Origin: Candidatus Methylomirabilota bacterium
GTDB taxonomy: Bacteria; Methylomirabilota; Methylomirabilia; Methylomirabilales; CSP1-5
NCBI GenBank assembly: GCA_027293415.1
Contig: JAPUFX010000102.1
Location: 4,803 to 68,802 of the forward strand
Direction: 5' to 3'
Length of the DNA stretch: 64,000 nucleotides
The notes under the pieces are model-generated. The model saw only the letters and a program-made list of their open reading frames with translations, did no database searches and was not told the DNA's origin. A program made the position numbers and the translations under genes. Of this stretch, positions 1 through 9,579 are shown piece after piece (within the stretch, counting starts at the first letter, position 1; every line of letters starts with the position of its first letter).

Positions 1-76
1 CGAGGAGCGGCGGCAGTAGGCTCAAAGACTTGTCTTGGTGATTCCTGACGGATTGCAAGAGGAAAGTGGCCACCCA

Positions 77-316
77 ATGGAGGATGAAAAAGAGATCAAG
101 TTCGAGGAGGCGCTGGCGAAGCTCGAGGGGGTGGTGAATCGCTTGGAGTCTGGTGAGCTACCTCTCGAGGAGTCACTCCGTCTCTTCGAGGAAGGAGTTC
201 ATTTCACGAAGCTGTGCGCCCACCGCCTGGAGGAGGCAGAACGGCGGATTGCGATCCTCAAGAAGGACGAACGGGGGGAGTTCTTCGAGGCGTCCTTTGA
301 GGGAGCCGAGGGTTGA
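77..316 (+). CDS. xseB: Exodeoxyribonuclease VII small subunit
   Basis: ORF 35..316. The sequence FEEALAKLEGVVNRLESGELPLEESLRLFEEGV is typical of XseB. I chose ATG 77 as the start; an upstream TTG at 35 is possible. Confidence 0.85.
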   Translation: MEDEKEIKFEEALAKLEGVVNRLESGELPLEESLRLFEEGVHFTKLCAHRLEEAERRIAILKKDERGEFFEASFEGAEG

Positions 317-404
317 GCCGGGGGACGGTCTGGTGGCGGTGGTGACAGACACAGTGAGTCGTTCACGATCTGGTGGCTGATGGTCAACTGGTCGCGGCAG
401 AGCG

Positions 405-1232
405 ATGCATCGAAAACGTCTGGATCAGCGCTTACTGCAGGAGGGGCTGGTCGAGAGTCTGGAACGGGCACGAGGACTGATTCTCGCCGGACGGGTGTGG
501 GTCGATGGTCGGAGGGTCGATAAGCCGGGAACCTTGATTGCGCCGAGCGCGGTGGTCAACGTCCGGAGACTGGAACACCCCTTCGTCAGCCGAGGAGGGC
601 TAAAACTCCGGGCCGCGCTCGACACCTTTGGCATCATTGTCCAGGGTAAGACGTGCCTCGACGTGGGAGCAGGGACCGGTGGTTTTACCGATTGCCTCCT
701 GCAGGCAGGGGCCTCCAGAGTCGTGGCCGTTGATGTGGGCCACGGCCACTTACACTACCGACTCCGAAACGATCCCCGGGTCCTCCTATTAGAACGGTTC
801 AATGTCAGGCATCTCACTCCTCGCCACCTTCCATATCTACCCGATCTAGTCGTAATCGACGTTGCGTTCATTTCTCTTACACTCGTTTTTCCGGTCATAA
901 GAGAGCTTCTTCCCGCTCACGGTGAAATCGTCGCTCTCATCAAGCCGCAGTTTGAAGTGGGCAAACGAGAGGTCGGCAAGGGAGGGGTGGTCCGGGACCT
1001 CCGAAAGCAAGGCGTGGCGATTCGTAGGGTGGCGGAAGCGGCGTGCGGGCTCGGTATGATGGTCAGAGGACTTTGCGCGTCGCCGATCGCGGGGGCGAAG
1101 GGGAATCGGGAATTCTTTATTCACCTGGCAAGGGATAGTGCACACGCAAAGGGTGTCGAAAACGTTGAACGGCTGATAGAGGAAACAATTAGCTCTCTCG
1201 ACGCAAGTATTGTGGTAGGGAAGGCTCGTTGA
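405..1232 (+). CDS. tlyA: TlyA family rRNA (cytidine-2'-O)-methyltransferase (S4 + FtsJ-like domains)
   Basis: N-terminal S4-like RLDQRLLQEGL..R..A..LI..G.V.V. PFVSRGGLKL and the SAM-binding motif DVGAGTGGFTD are present. Confidence 0.85.
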   Translation: MHRKRLDQRLLQEGLVESLERARGLILAGRVWVDGRRVDKPGTLIAPSAVVNVRRLEHPFVSRGGLKLRAALDTFGIIVQGKTCLDVGAGTGGFTDCLLQAGASRVVAVDVGHGHLHYRLRNDPRVLLLERFNVRHLTPRHLPYLPDLVVIDVAFISLTLVFPVIRELLPAHGEIVALIKPQFEVGKREVGKGGVVRDLRKQGVAIRRVAEAACGLGMMVRGLCASPIAGAKGNREFFIHLARDSAHAKGVENVERLIEETISSLDASIVVGKAR

Positions 1233-2113
1233 GGTCTGACGTGGAGACAGGGGTGTTCCGGCGTGTCGGGATCGTAATGAAGCCGCATTGGCCAGAGGCG
1301 CGGGAGGTCCTTCGGCAGCTCATTCCCTGGCTCAAGGCGAAAGATCGTGAGGTCGTCCTTGACGTGGAAACGGCACATCTTGCCGGGACTGAGGAGACAG
1401 GGCTGGCGAAGGCTGATGTTCCAAGGGCGGCAGACCTTGTGGTCGTGCTCGGCGGAGATGGAACGCTCCTCTCAGTGGCCAGGTTGATAGAGTCTGGGGA
1501 GGTACCCATTCTCGGGGTGAATCTTGGTGGCTTGGGCTTCCTAACCGAGATCACGCTGGATGAGCTTTACCCGGTCTTAGGGGGAGTGCTTTCTGGGAAG
1601 TACCGGGCGAGTCGTCGCATGCTCCTGCAGGTAATGGTGCGCCGTGGTGGGGAGCCAATTGCCGAGGATATTGTCCTGAACGATGCGGTAATGACGAAGG
1701 CGGCCTTAGCTCGTATTGTCGACCTCGAGGTTTTCGTTGAACAGGAATATGTAACGACCTATCGGGCCGACGGTCTCATCATCTCTACTCCGACAGGCTC
1801 TACCGCCTACGGTCTCTCCGCTGGTGGTCCCATCCTCTTTCCTACCATGCATGCTCTCATTCTTGTCCCGATCTGTCCGCATACCTTGACCAATCGTCCG
1901 CTGGTCTTGCCTGAGGAGGTTGGGGTCCAGGTGGTGCTCAACTCTGAGAATGAGAATGTGTATCTGACACTGGACGGACAGGTGGGGTTTCCCCTCCAGT
2001 ATCAGGATCAAGTGGAGGTCCGCCGAGCGGACCGAGAAATCACCCTGATCGTGTCTCCGAAGAAAAACTTCTACGAAATTCTTCGATCAAAGCTGAAGTG
2101 GGGAGAACGCTGA
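1229..2113 (+). CDS. nadK: NAD kinase
   Basis: GGDGTLL motif, NDAV, and TPTGSTAYGLSAGGPI. The TTG start overlaps the tlyA stop; GTG 1241 is an alternative start. Confidence 0.9.
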   Translation: MRSDVETGVFRRVGIVMKPHWPEAREVLRQLIPWLKAKDREVVLDVETAHLAGTEETGLAKADVPRAADLVVVLGGDGTLLSVARLIESGEVPILGVNLGGLGFLTEITLDELYPVLGGVLSGKYRASRRMLLQVMVRRGGEPIAEDIVLNDAVMTKAALARIVDLEVFVEQEYVTTYRADGLIISTPTGSTAYGLSAGGPILFPTMHALILVPICPHTLTNRPLVLPEEVGVQVVLNSENENVYLTLDGQVGFPLQYQDQVEVRRADREITLIVSPKKNFYEILRSKLKWGER

Positions 2114-2267
2114 CAGTACAGTTCATAGTTTAGAGTGTAGAGTTGAGGGTTCACGGTTTCGTCCGCGCACTCGCGAGCCGTCGGCTCACAGATAATTCTG
2201 TTCGAAAAACCCAAACCTACACGGGGCTCTGCTGATTGCTGACAGCTGACTGTGGATAGCTATTGAA

Positions 2268-3983
2268 ATGTTGCAAGAGATTGCCATACGACACTTCACG
2301 ATTGTAGAACAGGTACGCGCAAATTTCGGACCCGGCCTCAATGTCCTGACCGGGGAGACAGGGGCTGGCAAATCGATTGTCATAGAGGCCCTGACGCTTG
2401 CCCTGGGGGCGCGGGGGAGCTCAGAGATGATCCGATCTGGAGAAGAGGAGGCAGTGGTGGAAGCCGCCTTTAGCCTCCCGCACTTGAGCCCGGTAAATGA
2501 CCTCCTCGACTCACAGGGGATCAGCCTGAAGGAAGAGGACCTTGTTCTGCGACGGCACCTGGCCAGGGAGGGAAGAAGCCGGGCCTATGTGAGTGGAACC
2601 ATGACGGGGGCGGTTACGCTCAGGGGCTTGGGCGAGCATCTGGTGGACATTCATGGACAACAAGAAAGTGTTCTCCTGCAAAGTCCCCGCCGGCATCTCG
2701 AGCTGTTGGATGCTTTTGGTGGTCTCACAGAAGAGCTCCAAACCTATCACACCCTCTATCGTCGGTGGCAGACCCTGAAGGCAGAGCGGGAAGCGCTGGA
2801 GCGAGACGATCGGGAGAAAGCCCGATACAAAGATCTCCTGGAGCACCAGATTCGGGAGATCGATGCGGTCCATCTCGTGGAGGGAGAGGAGGACGCCCTG
2901 GAAGCGGAACGCGCCATCCTGACTCACCACGAGAAGCTTTTGCACGCGGTAGAGGAGGCTTATGCACGTATGGAGGGGGATGAGGGGGGGATCCTTCCCG
3001 GCCTCGCCGGGCTTGGCACGCGTCTCCGCGAGGCGGGACGAATTGATGCACGCCTCGCCCCCCTCGAAGGAATGGCAGAGGAGGGGAAGACCCTGCTGCA
3101 AGAGGTAGCACTTTCCCTCCGGGACTATCGAGAGCGACTTGATTTTGATCCTGAACGTCTGGAGGTCATTGAAGGTCGTCTCCACGCCATCAGCCGTCTC
3201 AAGAAAAAATATGGGGCCAGCATTCGCGAAGTCTTGAAATACCGGGAACAGGCAGCGCATGACTTGGAGCGGCTCGAGAGAGCGGAGGAGCGGCTTATGG
3301 CTCTCCAGGGGGAGATCGATACTGTTGAGGCAGACCTCTGGGAGCACGGAGAGTGCCTTTCCAAAGGGCGAAGGGAAGCGGCACAAAAACTCGCCCGGGA
3401 GATGATCAACGAGCTGCACGAGCTTGGGATGCCGCGGACGGATTTCCGTGTCGAGCTTAGGAGGACTATGGGAGAAGACCGGCGAGGCATGCTCAAGCCG
3501 GCCGGCCTGGAAGAGGGAGAGTTCCTTATTGCGCCGAACCCAGGCGAGGGTTTCAAAGCATTGGGGAAGATCGCCTCAGGCGGGGAGCTAAGCCGGATCA
3601 TGCTGGCCTTGAAAAACATCCTCGCCTCGGTCGATAAAACTCCCACGTTAATCTTCGATGAGGTGGATGCCGGAATCGGCGGGAAGATGGCTGAGGTGGT
3701 AGGCAGGAAGCTCTGGAGGGTGAGCCGGGAGCGACAGGTGATCTGCATTACCCACCTTCCGCAGATTGCCGCCTATGCCGATACCCACCTCCGGGTAGAG
3801 AAAGGTCTGATCAGCGGTCGGACCGAGGCTCGGCTCATGCCGCTGTCCAGGGAAGCGAAAGTAGAGGAGCTAAGTCGGATGCTCGGGGGATCCGACACCT
3901 CCGCTACAGCCATAAAACACGCCCGGGAACTCTTTCAGAGCGCTGCGCGTTGGAAGCGACAGCACGGAAAGGGACAGGGATGA
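2268..3983 (+). CDS. recN: DNA repair protein RecN
   Basis: N-terminal LTGETGAGKSI Walker A, a long coiled-coil middle, and C-terminal SGGELSRIMLALK..LIFDEVDAGIGG. Confidence 0.93.
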   Translation: MLQEIAIRHFTIVEQVRANFGPGLNVLTGETGAGKSIVIEALTLALGARGSSEMIRSGEEEAVVEAAFSLPHLSPVNDLLDSQGISLKEEDLVLRRHLAREGRSRAYVSGTMTGAVTLRGLGEHLVDIHGQQESVLLQSPRRHLELLDAFGGLTEELQTYHTLYRRWQTLKAEREALERDDREKARYKDLLEHQIREIDAVHLVEGEEDALEAERAILTHHEKLLHAVEEAYARMEGDEGGILPGLAGLGTRLREAGRIDARLAPLEGMAEEGKTLLQEVALSLRDYRERLDFDPERLEVIEGRLHAISRLKKKYGASIREVLKYREQAAHDLERLERAEERLMALQGEIDTVEADLWEHGECLSKGRREAAQKLAREMINELHELGMPRTDFRVELRRTMGEDRRGMLKPAGLEEGEFLIAPNPGEGFKALGKIASGGELSRIMLALKNILASVDKTPTLIFDEVDAGIGGKMAEVVGRKLWRVSRERQVICITHLPQIAAYADTHLRVEKGLISGRTEARLMPLSREAKVEELSRMLGGSDTSATAIKHARELFQSAARWKRQHGKGQG

Positions 3984-4005
3984 CTGTAGGGCATGGGAGT
4001 ATCAA

Positions 4006-4956
4006 GTGACGGGGCAAGACCACCCGCAATACATTCGAGCAGTTGGGGCTTCCGTACTGCTCCACCTGGTCTCTGCAGGTTTCTTCTGGAAGGTCCATAT
4101 TGCGCCCCCCGCCTTCAAAACCCCATCACCTCTGATGGTACGTCTCGTTCCGACTACTCCGATCCCGCGCTTTATCGATCAACCCGACGCACCCCCGGCG
4201 GAGCGACCGATCAAAAGCCGAGATATCTCCCAGGTGACGAGTGAGGCTAGGGGTCCAGGAAAGATTCGGGGTCCGGTTACTACCCCCGAAACCTTAAAGT
4301 CGCCGACTCTTCCGCACTCGTCGCGTTCACCAGAGATTCAGAAAGTCTCTCCCCCAGTTTCTCCACCTGCCCGTCCTGAGCAACCCGCCAAATCCTCGAC
4401 GCCGCCACCCAAACCCGATGCCGACCTCCAGGTAATTCGGCAGCCGACTCCTTCCGTGACCCCGAAGGCTCGCCCCTCACCAGTGCCCACGCCCGAATCG
4501 CCATTGGCACGCCTCTCCTTTCGAGACCAGATCGCTGCATTAGGGAGGGAGAGACTGTTCGGGAAGGAGAGGGAATTCGACGCGGGCCAATCTGGTAATA
4601 CAGGTACTGACGAGCGGACTGTATCACTGGAAACTCAAAGTGCGGAGTTTGCCCCTTACCTCGCCACGGTAAAGCGTCGGATCGAGCAGCAATGGCTTGT
4701 TCCCCGTTATGCGAGAGAGGTGGGTCTCACAGCAAACCTTGTCATGCTCTTCAGTATCACCAGGGAAGGAAAGCTGGCTCAACTGCAGATCAACGAAAGC
4801 TCCGGCGTTTCAATCCTGGATGAGGCAGCGATCGAGGCGGTCAAGACCGCGGCCCCGTATGCCCCCTTTCCACCCCATTTCACGTTTCGGCAGCTCAACA
4901 TCGTTGCGAACTTTCAGTATGTCACGCGGTCCGCTCCGGTCCCCCCTTCGCGGTGA
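4006..4956 (+). CDS. TonB-family energy transducer (N-terminal TM, Pro-rich spacer, TonB C-terminal domain)
   Basis: Hydrophobic N-terminus, a long P/S/T-rich linker, and a C-terminal Y...V...I...W..P.......G......F.I...G......I..SSG...LD.AA..AV motif. Confidence 0.7.
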   Translation: MTGQDHPQYIRAVGASVLLHLVSAGFFWKVHIAPPAFKTPSPLMVRLVPTTPIPRFIDQPDAPPAERPIKSRDISQVTSEARGPGKIRGPVTTPETLKSPTLPHSSRSPEIQKVSPPVSPPARPEQPAKSSTPPPKPDADLQVIRQPTPSVTPKARPSPVPTPESPLARLSFRDQIAALGRERLFGKEREFDAGQSGNTGTDERTVSLETQSAEFAPYLATVKRRIEQQWLVPRYAREVGLTANLVMLFSITREGKLAQLQINESSGVSILDEAAIEAVKTAAPYAPFPPHFTFRQLNIVANFQYVTRSAPVPPSR

Positions 4957-4968
4957 GCCGGCGCGCCC

Positions 4969-7344
4969 GTGATGACATGGGTCGACCGGTACTCTCGGTT
5001 CCTGGTTGTCCTTGGTGCCCGTCTGCTCTCACTTCTCTTTCCTCAGATACGAGGCCGTCTTAGCCTCAAGCGGAGGGGTCGGGAGTCAGTCGCAGGCATC
5101 GATGGACCGGTGACCATTTCTCGGGACCATCTCGGAATTCCTACCATCCGGGCCCAGGCCACTTCAGACCTCTTCTTCGGCTTTGGGTACGCCATCGCCC
5201 AGGATCGGTTATGGCAAATGGATCTCTACCGGCGCGTGGCCCGAGGAAGACTGGCAGAAATCTTCGGGGACCTTCCGCTCGAAGTCAAGCCGGGAGCTCG
5301 GCTGGAACCTCCTTCAGTCGTTCAATTAGATTGCTTGCACCGGGCCTTGGGATTCTCTCGAGTGGCTCACGCCTCTCTGGAGGTCCTCTCTGGTGAGGCG
5401 TGTGCGGCTCTCGATCGGTATGCGTCTGGCGTCAACGCGGCCGTCGCGACAATGCAGAAGAAAAAATGTCTCCCCCTCGAGTTTTACCTGCTGGGATACG
5501 AACCGGAACCTTGGATGCCCGCGGATAGCCTGGCGATCGGCCGCTTCATCGCGTGGATGCTGTGTCTCGCCGCCAGGACGGAGCTCGTGCTGGCGCCCCT
5601 GGCACCTCATCCGGACCTTTCCTCCCTGTTGCCGGTGTACCCCGAAGGAGAACCGGTCATCGTTCCCGGGAGTGGATTCTTGGGCGGTGGTTGGGGGGGC
5701 AGTAACAGTTGGGTGGTGGGACCAGACCGGACACGAAGCGGGCGTCCCCTCCTCTGTAACGATCCGCATCTTCTCATGGGCCTTCCCTCCCTCTTCTACC
5801 AAGTAGCGTTGCGGGGGGCGGAATATCATGTGAGTGGAGCGACCATGCCGGGCATTCCAGCCGTGGTCGTCGGAGCAAACGCCGATGTTGCATGGGGTAT
5901 TACATCAGCCGTGCCGGATGACGCAGATATTTACCGAGAGACATTGCACCCGTCGGACCCACAGTTGTATGCTTTTGATGGGGAGTGGTGCCGTCTCAAG
6001 GTGGGTGTGGAAGAAATCGCCATACGCGGTGGATCCACCCGCCAATGTACCATTCGGTATGTCCCTCACGGCGGGGCTGACTGTCCCCTCCTGAGCGATT
6101 TCCTTCCCCTCGAGGCTCCGCTTTCCCTCCGCTGGACGGGTCTCGAACCCTCTCGAGAGATGGATGCACTGCTTGGGATCTGTCGGGCTCGAGGCCTAGA
6201 GGAGTTTCGTGGGGCATTGCGGGACTTTGCCGTCCCTGCCCAAAATTTTCTCTATGCCGACCGGCAGGGAAACTACGCCTACTTCTGCGCCGGACGATTT
6301 CCAGGGCGCCCGCAAGGCGGGGGGCCCTTCCCCTTGAATGGAGCTTCTTCTTCCTCAGAATGGCAGGCGGATGTCCCCTTTGAAGAACTTCCATGCCTGA
6401 TCAACCCGCCCTCCGGTTTGATCGTGACTGCCAACCACCGCATTGTGGATGATACCTATCCCCATGAACTGACTTACCTTTGGGAAGCCCCGTATCGGGC
6501 CCGACGAATCCTCGAACTGTTGGAAAGGCGAGAGCTTGACGTACCGGAAATGACAACCATTCAGGGCGATGTTTTGTCGCTGCAGGCCAAGATGGTGGTC
6601 ACACAGGTGATTGCTCCTGTTGTCGGGGAACTTTGCGGGGAGGCCCGCCGAGCGGCAGAGCGGCTCCTTCACTGGGATTTTCGGATGACGACGGAGAGCG
6701 GGCAGGCGGCGTTGTACCACAGCTTCTATGAGCGCCTCCGGTTCCTGGTCTTTGCTCACCGACTCGACCAGGTGGCCCCGGATCTGTACCAGGGTTACTG
6801 CTCCCTTATGCATCTGTCGGTGATGCCCATGGACCGGATTCTGGAGGCGGGCGATCCTGCATGGATGCCCGAGGGGCGAGGTCCGGTGGTGAGCCAAGCG
6901 CTTGAAGAGGCGATGGCTTTTTTGGAAGAGAAACTGGGAGGGGAAGGGGAGTGGGCCTGGGGAAAGATTCATGCCTTCACCCTCCGGCACCCGCTAGGCG
7001 TGGGGCGTGGTCGGGGAAGCCGTTTGCTCAACGCCCTCCTGCAACTGAACCGCGGACCATTTCCCCATCCAGGCGATGGGATGACCGTTAACGTTGCCGC
7101 TTATCTCCTCTCGCACCCTTTCGAGCCCCTAGTAGGACCTGCCTACCGACAGATTGTGGACCTGGACGATCTCAACCGTTCCCGGTGGGTCATCCCAGGG
7201 GGAAGTTCTGGAGACCCGCTCTCTCCTCATTACAGTGATCAGTTAGAGGATTGGCGGTGCGGGAGGAACCACCCGATGTTCCATGATTCCATGTTTCCTG
7301 CGACTGTGCTAGAGCTGGTCCCGGCCGGCGGAAAAAATTTTTGA
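4969..7344 (+). CDS. Penicillin acylase family Ntn-hydrolase (penicillin or acyl-homoserine-lactone acylase type)
   Basis: 791 aa. The autoprocessing and nucleophile region is GGSNSWVVGP....GRPLLCNDPHL. Overall length is typical of the family. Confidence 0.85.
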   Translation: MMTWVDRYSRFLVVLGARLLSLLFPQIRGRLSLKRRGRESVAGIDGPVTISRDHLGIPTIRAQATSDLFFGFGYAIAQDRLWQMDLYRRVARGRLAEIFGDLPLEVKPGARLEPPSVVQLDCLHRALGFSRVAHASLEVLSGEACAALDRYASGVNAAVATMQKKKCLPLEFYLLGYEPEPWMPADSLAIGRFIAWMLCLAARTELVLAPLAPHPDLSSLLPVYPEGEPVIVPGSGFLGGGWGGSNSWVVGPDRTRSGRPLLCNDPHLLMGLPSLFYQVALRGAEYHVSGATMPGIPAVVVGANADVAWGITSAVPDDADIYRETLHPSDPQLYAFDGEWCRLKVGVEEIAIRGGSTRQCTIRYVPHGGADCPLLSDFLPLEAPLSLRWTGLEPSREMDALLGICRARGLEEFRGALRDFAVPAQNFLYADRQGNYAYFCAGRFPGRPQGGGPFPLNGASSSSEWQADVPFEELPCLINPPSGLIVTANHRIVDDTYPHELTYLWEAPYRARRILELLERRELDVPEMTTIQGDVLSLQAKMVVTQVIAPVVGELCGEARRAAERLLHWDFRMTTESGQAALYHSFYERLRFLVFAHRLDQVAPDLYQGYCSLMHLSVMPMDRILEAGDPAWMPEGRGPVVSQALEEAMAFLEEKLGGEGEWAWGKIHAFTLRHPLGVGRGRGSRLLNALLQLNRGPFPHPGDGMTVNVAAYLLSHPFEPLVGPAYRQIVDLDDLNRSRWVIPGGSSGDPLSPHYSDQLEDWRCGRNHPMFHDSMFPATVLELVPAGGKNF

Positions 7345-7378
7345 CTCACCTCTGCGACGATGGTATAAGTCGAGAATT

Positions 7379-8458
7379 ATGGCTGAGTGGGGATCGGAAG
7401 AAATCGGATTTTTCCTTGCCCGACAGCTCTCCGGTGTCTTTGAGATTGAGGAGTGGCAGATCCAGGGAGCGGGCGTTCGGTTTCATGGGACCCTCGTGGC
7501 TGAACCTGAAACCACGGTATCGGTCCTCCGCCAGCGGCTGGAGCCATACGGGTTTTCGCCGCTCCTCTTGAGCCAACGAGAGATCCTCATTCTCCCCACG
7601 CCCGCTGTAGGAAAGCGCACCGAAGCCGAGCGACCCTGGACCCAGATTCTGCTCTTCATTGCCACGGTCATCACTACCCTTTTCGTCGGAGCCATTCAGC
7701 TCGGAACCGATCCCCTCACCGACCCAACAAGCCTCTTGGCGGGGCTGCCGTTTTCTTTCAGCCTTTTGTCAATCCTGGGGGTTCACGAGTTTGGCCATTA
7801 CTTCACGGCAAAACGATATGGGGTCCACGTCACCCTTCCCTATTTCATTCCCGCACCAGTCGGCCTCGGTACTTTCGGAGCTTTTATCAAGATGAAATCT
7901 CCGGTAATTGACCGGCGAAGTCTCTTCGATATCGGGATCGCCGGACCGATAGCCGGCCTCATTCTCGCCATTCCGATTTTGATGATTGGGCTTACCCTGT
8001 CCGAAATCGTCCCCACCCGTGGAGTAATGGGAATCTCCCTTGGATCCCCCCTCCTGTTTACGTTCGTCCAGGAAGTGACCTTGGGCCAAATTCCGGAAGG
8101 GATGGATATCGTGTTGCACCCAGTTGCGTTCGCCGGGTGGATTGGCTTTTTTGTCACCGCGCTCAACCTGCTTCCTATTGGACAGCTAGACGGCGGACAC
8201 ATTGCGTACGCCCTCCTGGGCCGCCAGTCTGAGAAGCTGGCCTTTCTCACCGCCATCGTGCTTGCCATTTTGGGAATCACCTTTTGGCCCGGATGGCTCT
8301 TCTGGGCCTTTCTCGCCTTCATGCTGGGGTTCAAACATCCCCCACCCATGAACGATGTGACCCCTCTCGATCCTCGTCGGCGCCTCTTGGCCGTGGGTGC
8401 TCTCATCCTCCTCTTCTGCTTGTTAACCCCTGCTCCATTCATCTCTCCCGAATTCTAA
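7379..8458 (+). CDS. Site-2 protease family (M50) membrane metalloprotease
   Basis: HEFGHYFTAKRYG (HExxH) lies in a polytopic membrane protein, with a second motif LNLLPIGQLDGGH. Confidence 0.8.
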   Translation: MAEWGSEEIGFFLARQLSGVFEIEEWQIQGAGVRFHGTLVAEPETTVSVLRQRLEPYGFSPLLLSQREILILPTPAVGKRTEAERPWTQILLFIATVITTLFVGAIQLGTDPLTDPTSLLAGLPFSFSLLSILGVHEFGHYFTAKRYGVHVTLPYFIPAPVGLGTFGAFIKMKSPVIDRRSLFDIGIAGPIAGLILAIPILMIGLTLSEIVPTRGVMGISLGSPLLFTFVQEVTLGQIPEGMDIVLHPVAFAGWIGFFVTALNLLPIGQLDGGHIAYALLGRQSEKLAFLTAIVLAILGITFWPGWLFWAFLAFMLGFKHPPPMNDVTPLDPRRRLLAVGALILLFCLLTPAPFISPEF

Positions 8459-8469
8459 GGGAAGGACCG

Positions 8470-9486
8470 GTGGCGGACCGCCTCTTGGCCGGCAAGCTTC
8501 CGCGGGGCCTCCTGGCCTCTCTACTCGACAGGTATGCAAGCCCTGTTACAGGTGTGATTCTCGGGCCCCGAATCGGGGAGGATGCCGCGGCTATAGAGAT
8601 GGCTGACCGCTATCTCGTGGTGTCGACCGACCCGATCACCTTTGCGACCCGCGATATCGGATATTACGCGGTAACAATTAACGCCAACGATGTCGTCACA
8701 TGCGGGGCGAGGCCCCGGTGGTTCCTGATGACCCTCCTCGTTCCGGAGGGAGGCACCCATGCCGAGGTCGAAGGGCTTTTTGAACAGGTAGATGCTGCGT
8801 GTCGCCAATTTCAGGTCGGATTGATCGGAGGCCATACCGAGGTGACCCCGGGACTCGATCGGGCTGTCGTGATCGGAACGATGATCGGCGAGGTGGCGAA
8901 GGATCGCTTAGTGGTCACCTCTGGTGCACAAGTAGGAGATGATCTTCTCCTCACCAAGGGGATCGCGGTGGAAGGAACGGCTATTCTCGCCCGGGAGCGG
9001 GAAGGTTTTCTGAGATCACGCGGCTATGCTGAGGCATTCATCCAGCACGCTCAAAGATACCTCTACGATCCAGGCATCAGTGTTGCGGCAGAGGCGCTGG
9101 CAGCGGTGGAGACGGCGAGGGTGAGTGCGATGCACGACCCGACAGAGGGGGGACTTTCGGGTGGTCTGTATGAGCTCAGCGAGGCGGCAGGCGTGGGTCT
9201 CGAGGTGGACCAGGCCGAGATCACGGTCCTGGATGAGACCCGCGCTCTCTGTCAGGAGTTTCACTTGGACCCGTTGGGGCTCATCGCCTCCGGCGCTCTC
9301 CTGATCACCTGTCGCCCAGGAGATAGGGACCAACTGCTCGGGGCGGTGAGGGCAGCAGGGGTCGCTGTGCGGCATATCGGTCGCGTGGTCTCACCGTCGA
9401 GGGGCGTCCTCCTCATTGGGCCAGAAGGGGAAAGATCCTTTCCCGCCTTTGAACGGGATGAGATTGTGAAGAGTTTTGAAGAATAG
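8470..9486 (+). CDS. AIR synthase-related protein (PurM/ThiL/HypE superfamily)
   Basis: ORF 8284..9486. I chose GTG 8470, just after the upstream stop. GEDAA....D..LVVSTDPITF and GGHTEV are typical of the superfamily. Confidence 0.7.
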   Translation: MADRLLAGKLPRGLLASLLDRYASPVTGVILGPRIGEDAAAIEMADRYLVVSTDPITFATRDIGYYAVTINANDVVTCGARPRWFLMTLLVPEGGTHAEVEGLFEQVDAACRQFQVGLIGGHTEVTPGLDRAVVIGTMIGEVAKDRLVVTSGAQVGDDLLLTKGIAVEGTAILAREREGFLRSRGYAEAFIQHAQRYLYDPGISVAAEALAAVETARVSAMHDPTEGGLSGGLYELSEAAGVGLEVDQAEITVLDETRALCQEFHLDPLGLIASGALLITCRPGDRDQLLGAVRAAGVAVRHIGRVVSPSRGVLLIGPEGERSFPAFERDEIVKSFEE

Positions 9487-9579
9487 GTATGCATCTCGCC
9501 ATCTTTTGTTGCCTCTTGTTGTCCTGAGACTGAGGAAGCTGGGGGATCTTGGCCCAGGAGCAAAAACAGGAGTCTCTCC

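Noticed and set aside
2114-2267. A LexA/SOS box upstream of recN.
   Set aside because: There is no CTGT-N8-ACAG and no GAAC-N4-GTTC palindrome. CTGTTCGAAAAAC and ACAGCTGACTGT are only partial look-alikes. The heptad repeats are reported separately as low-interest.
2511-3419. A 302-aa minus-strand ORF inside recN. Similar long antisense ORFs occur at 44554..45510, 47190..48203, 54929..55789, 43292..44020, 27898..28779 and 61619..62611.
   Set aside because: Each one is antisense to a gene with clear family motifs. None has an RBS or a recognisable domain. Their composition is typical of out-of-frame or antisense GC-rich sequence.
8284-8469. The N-terminal 62 codons of ORF 8284..9486, which overlap the M50 protease gene.
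   Set aside because: This is an ORF-finder extension through the 3' end of the upstream gene in another frame. The family-typical sequence begins at GTG 8470. Similar trimming was applied at 21246, 24081, 30291, 36521, 53802, 57784 and 61333.
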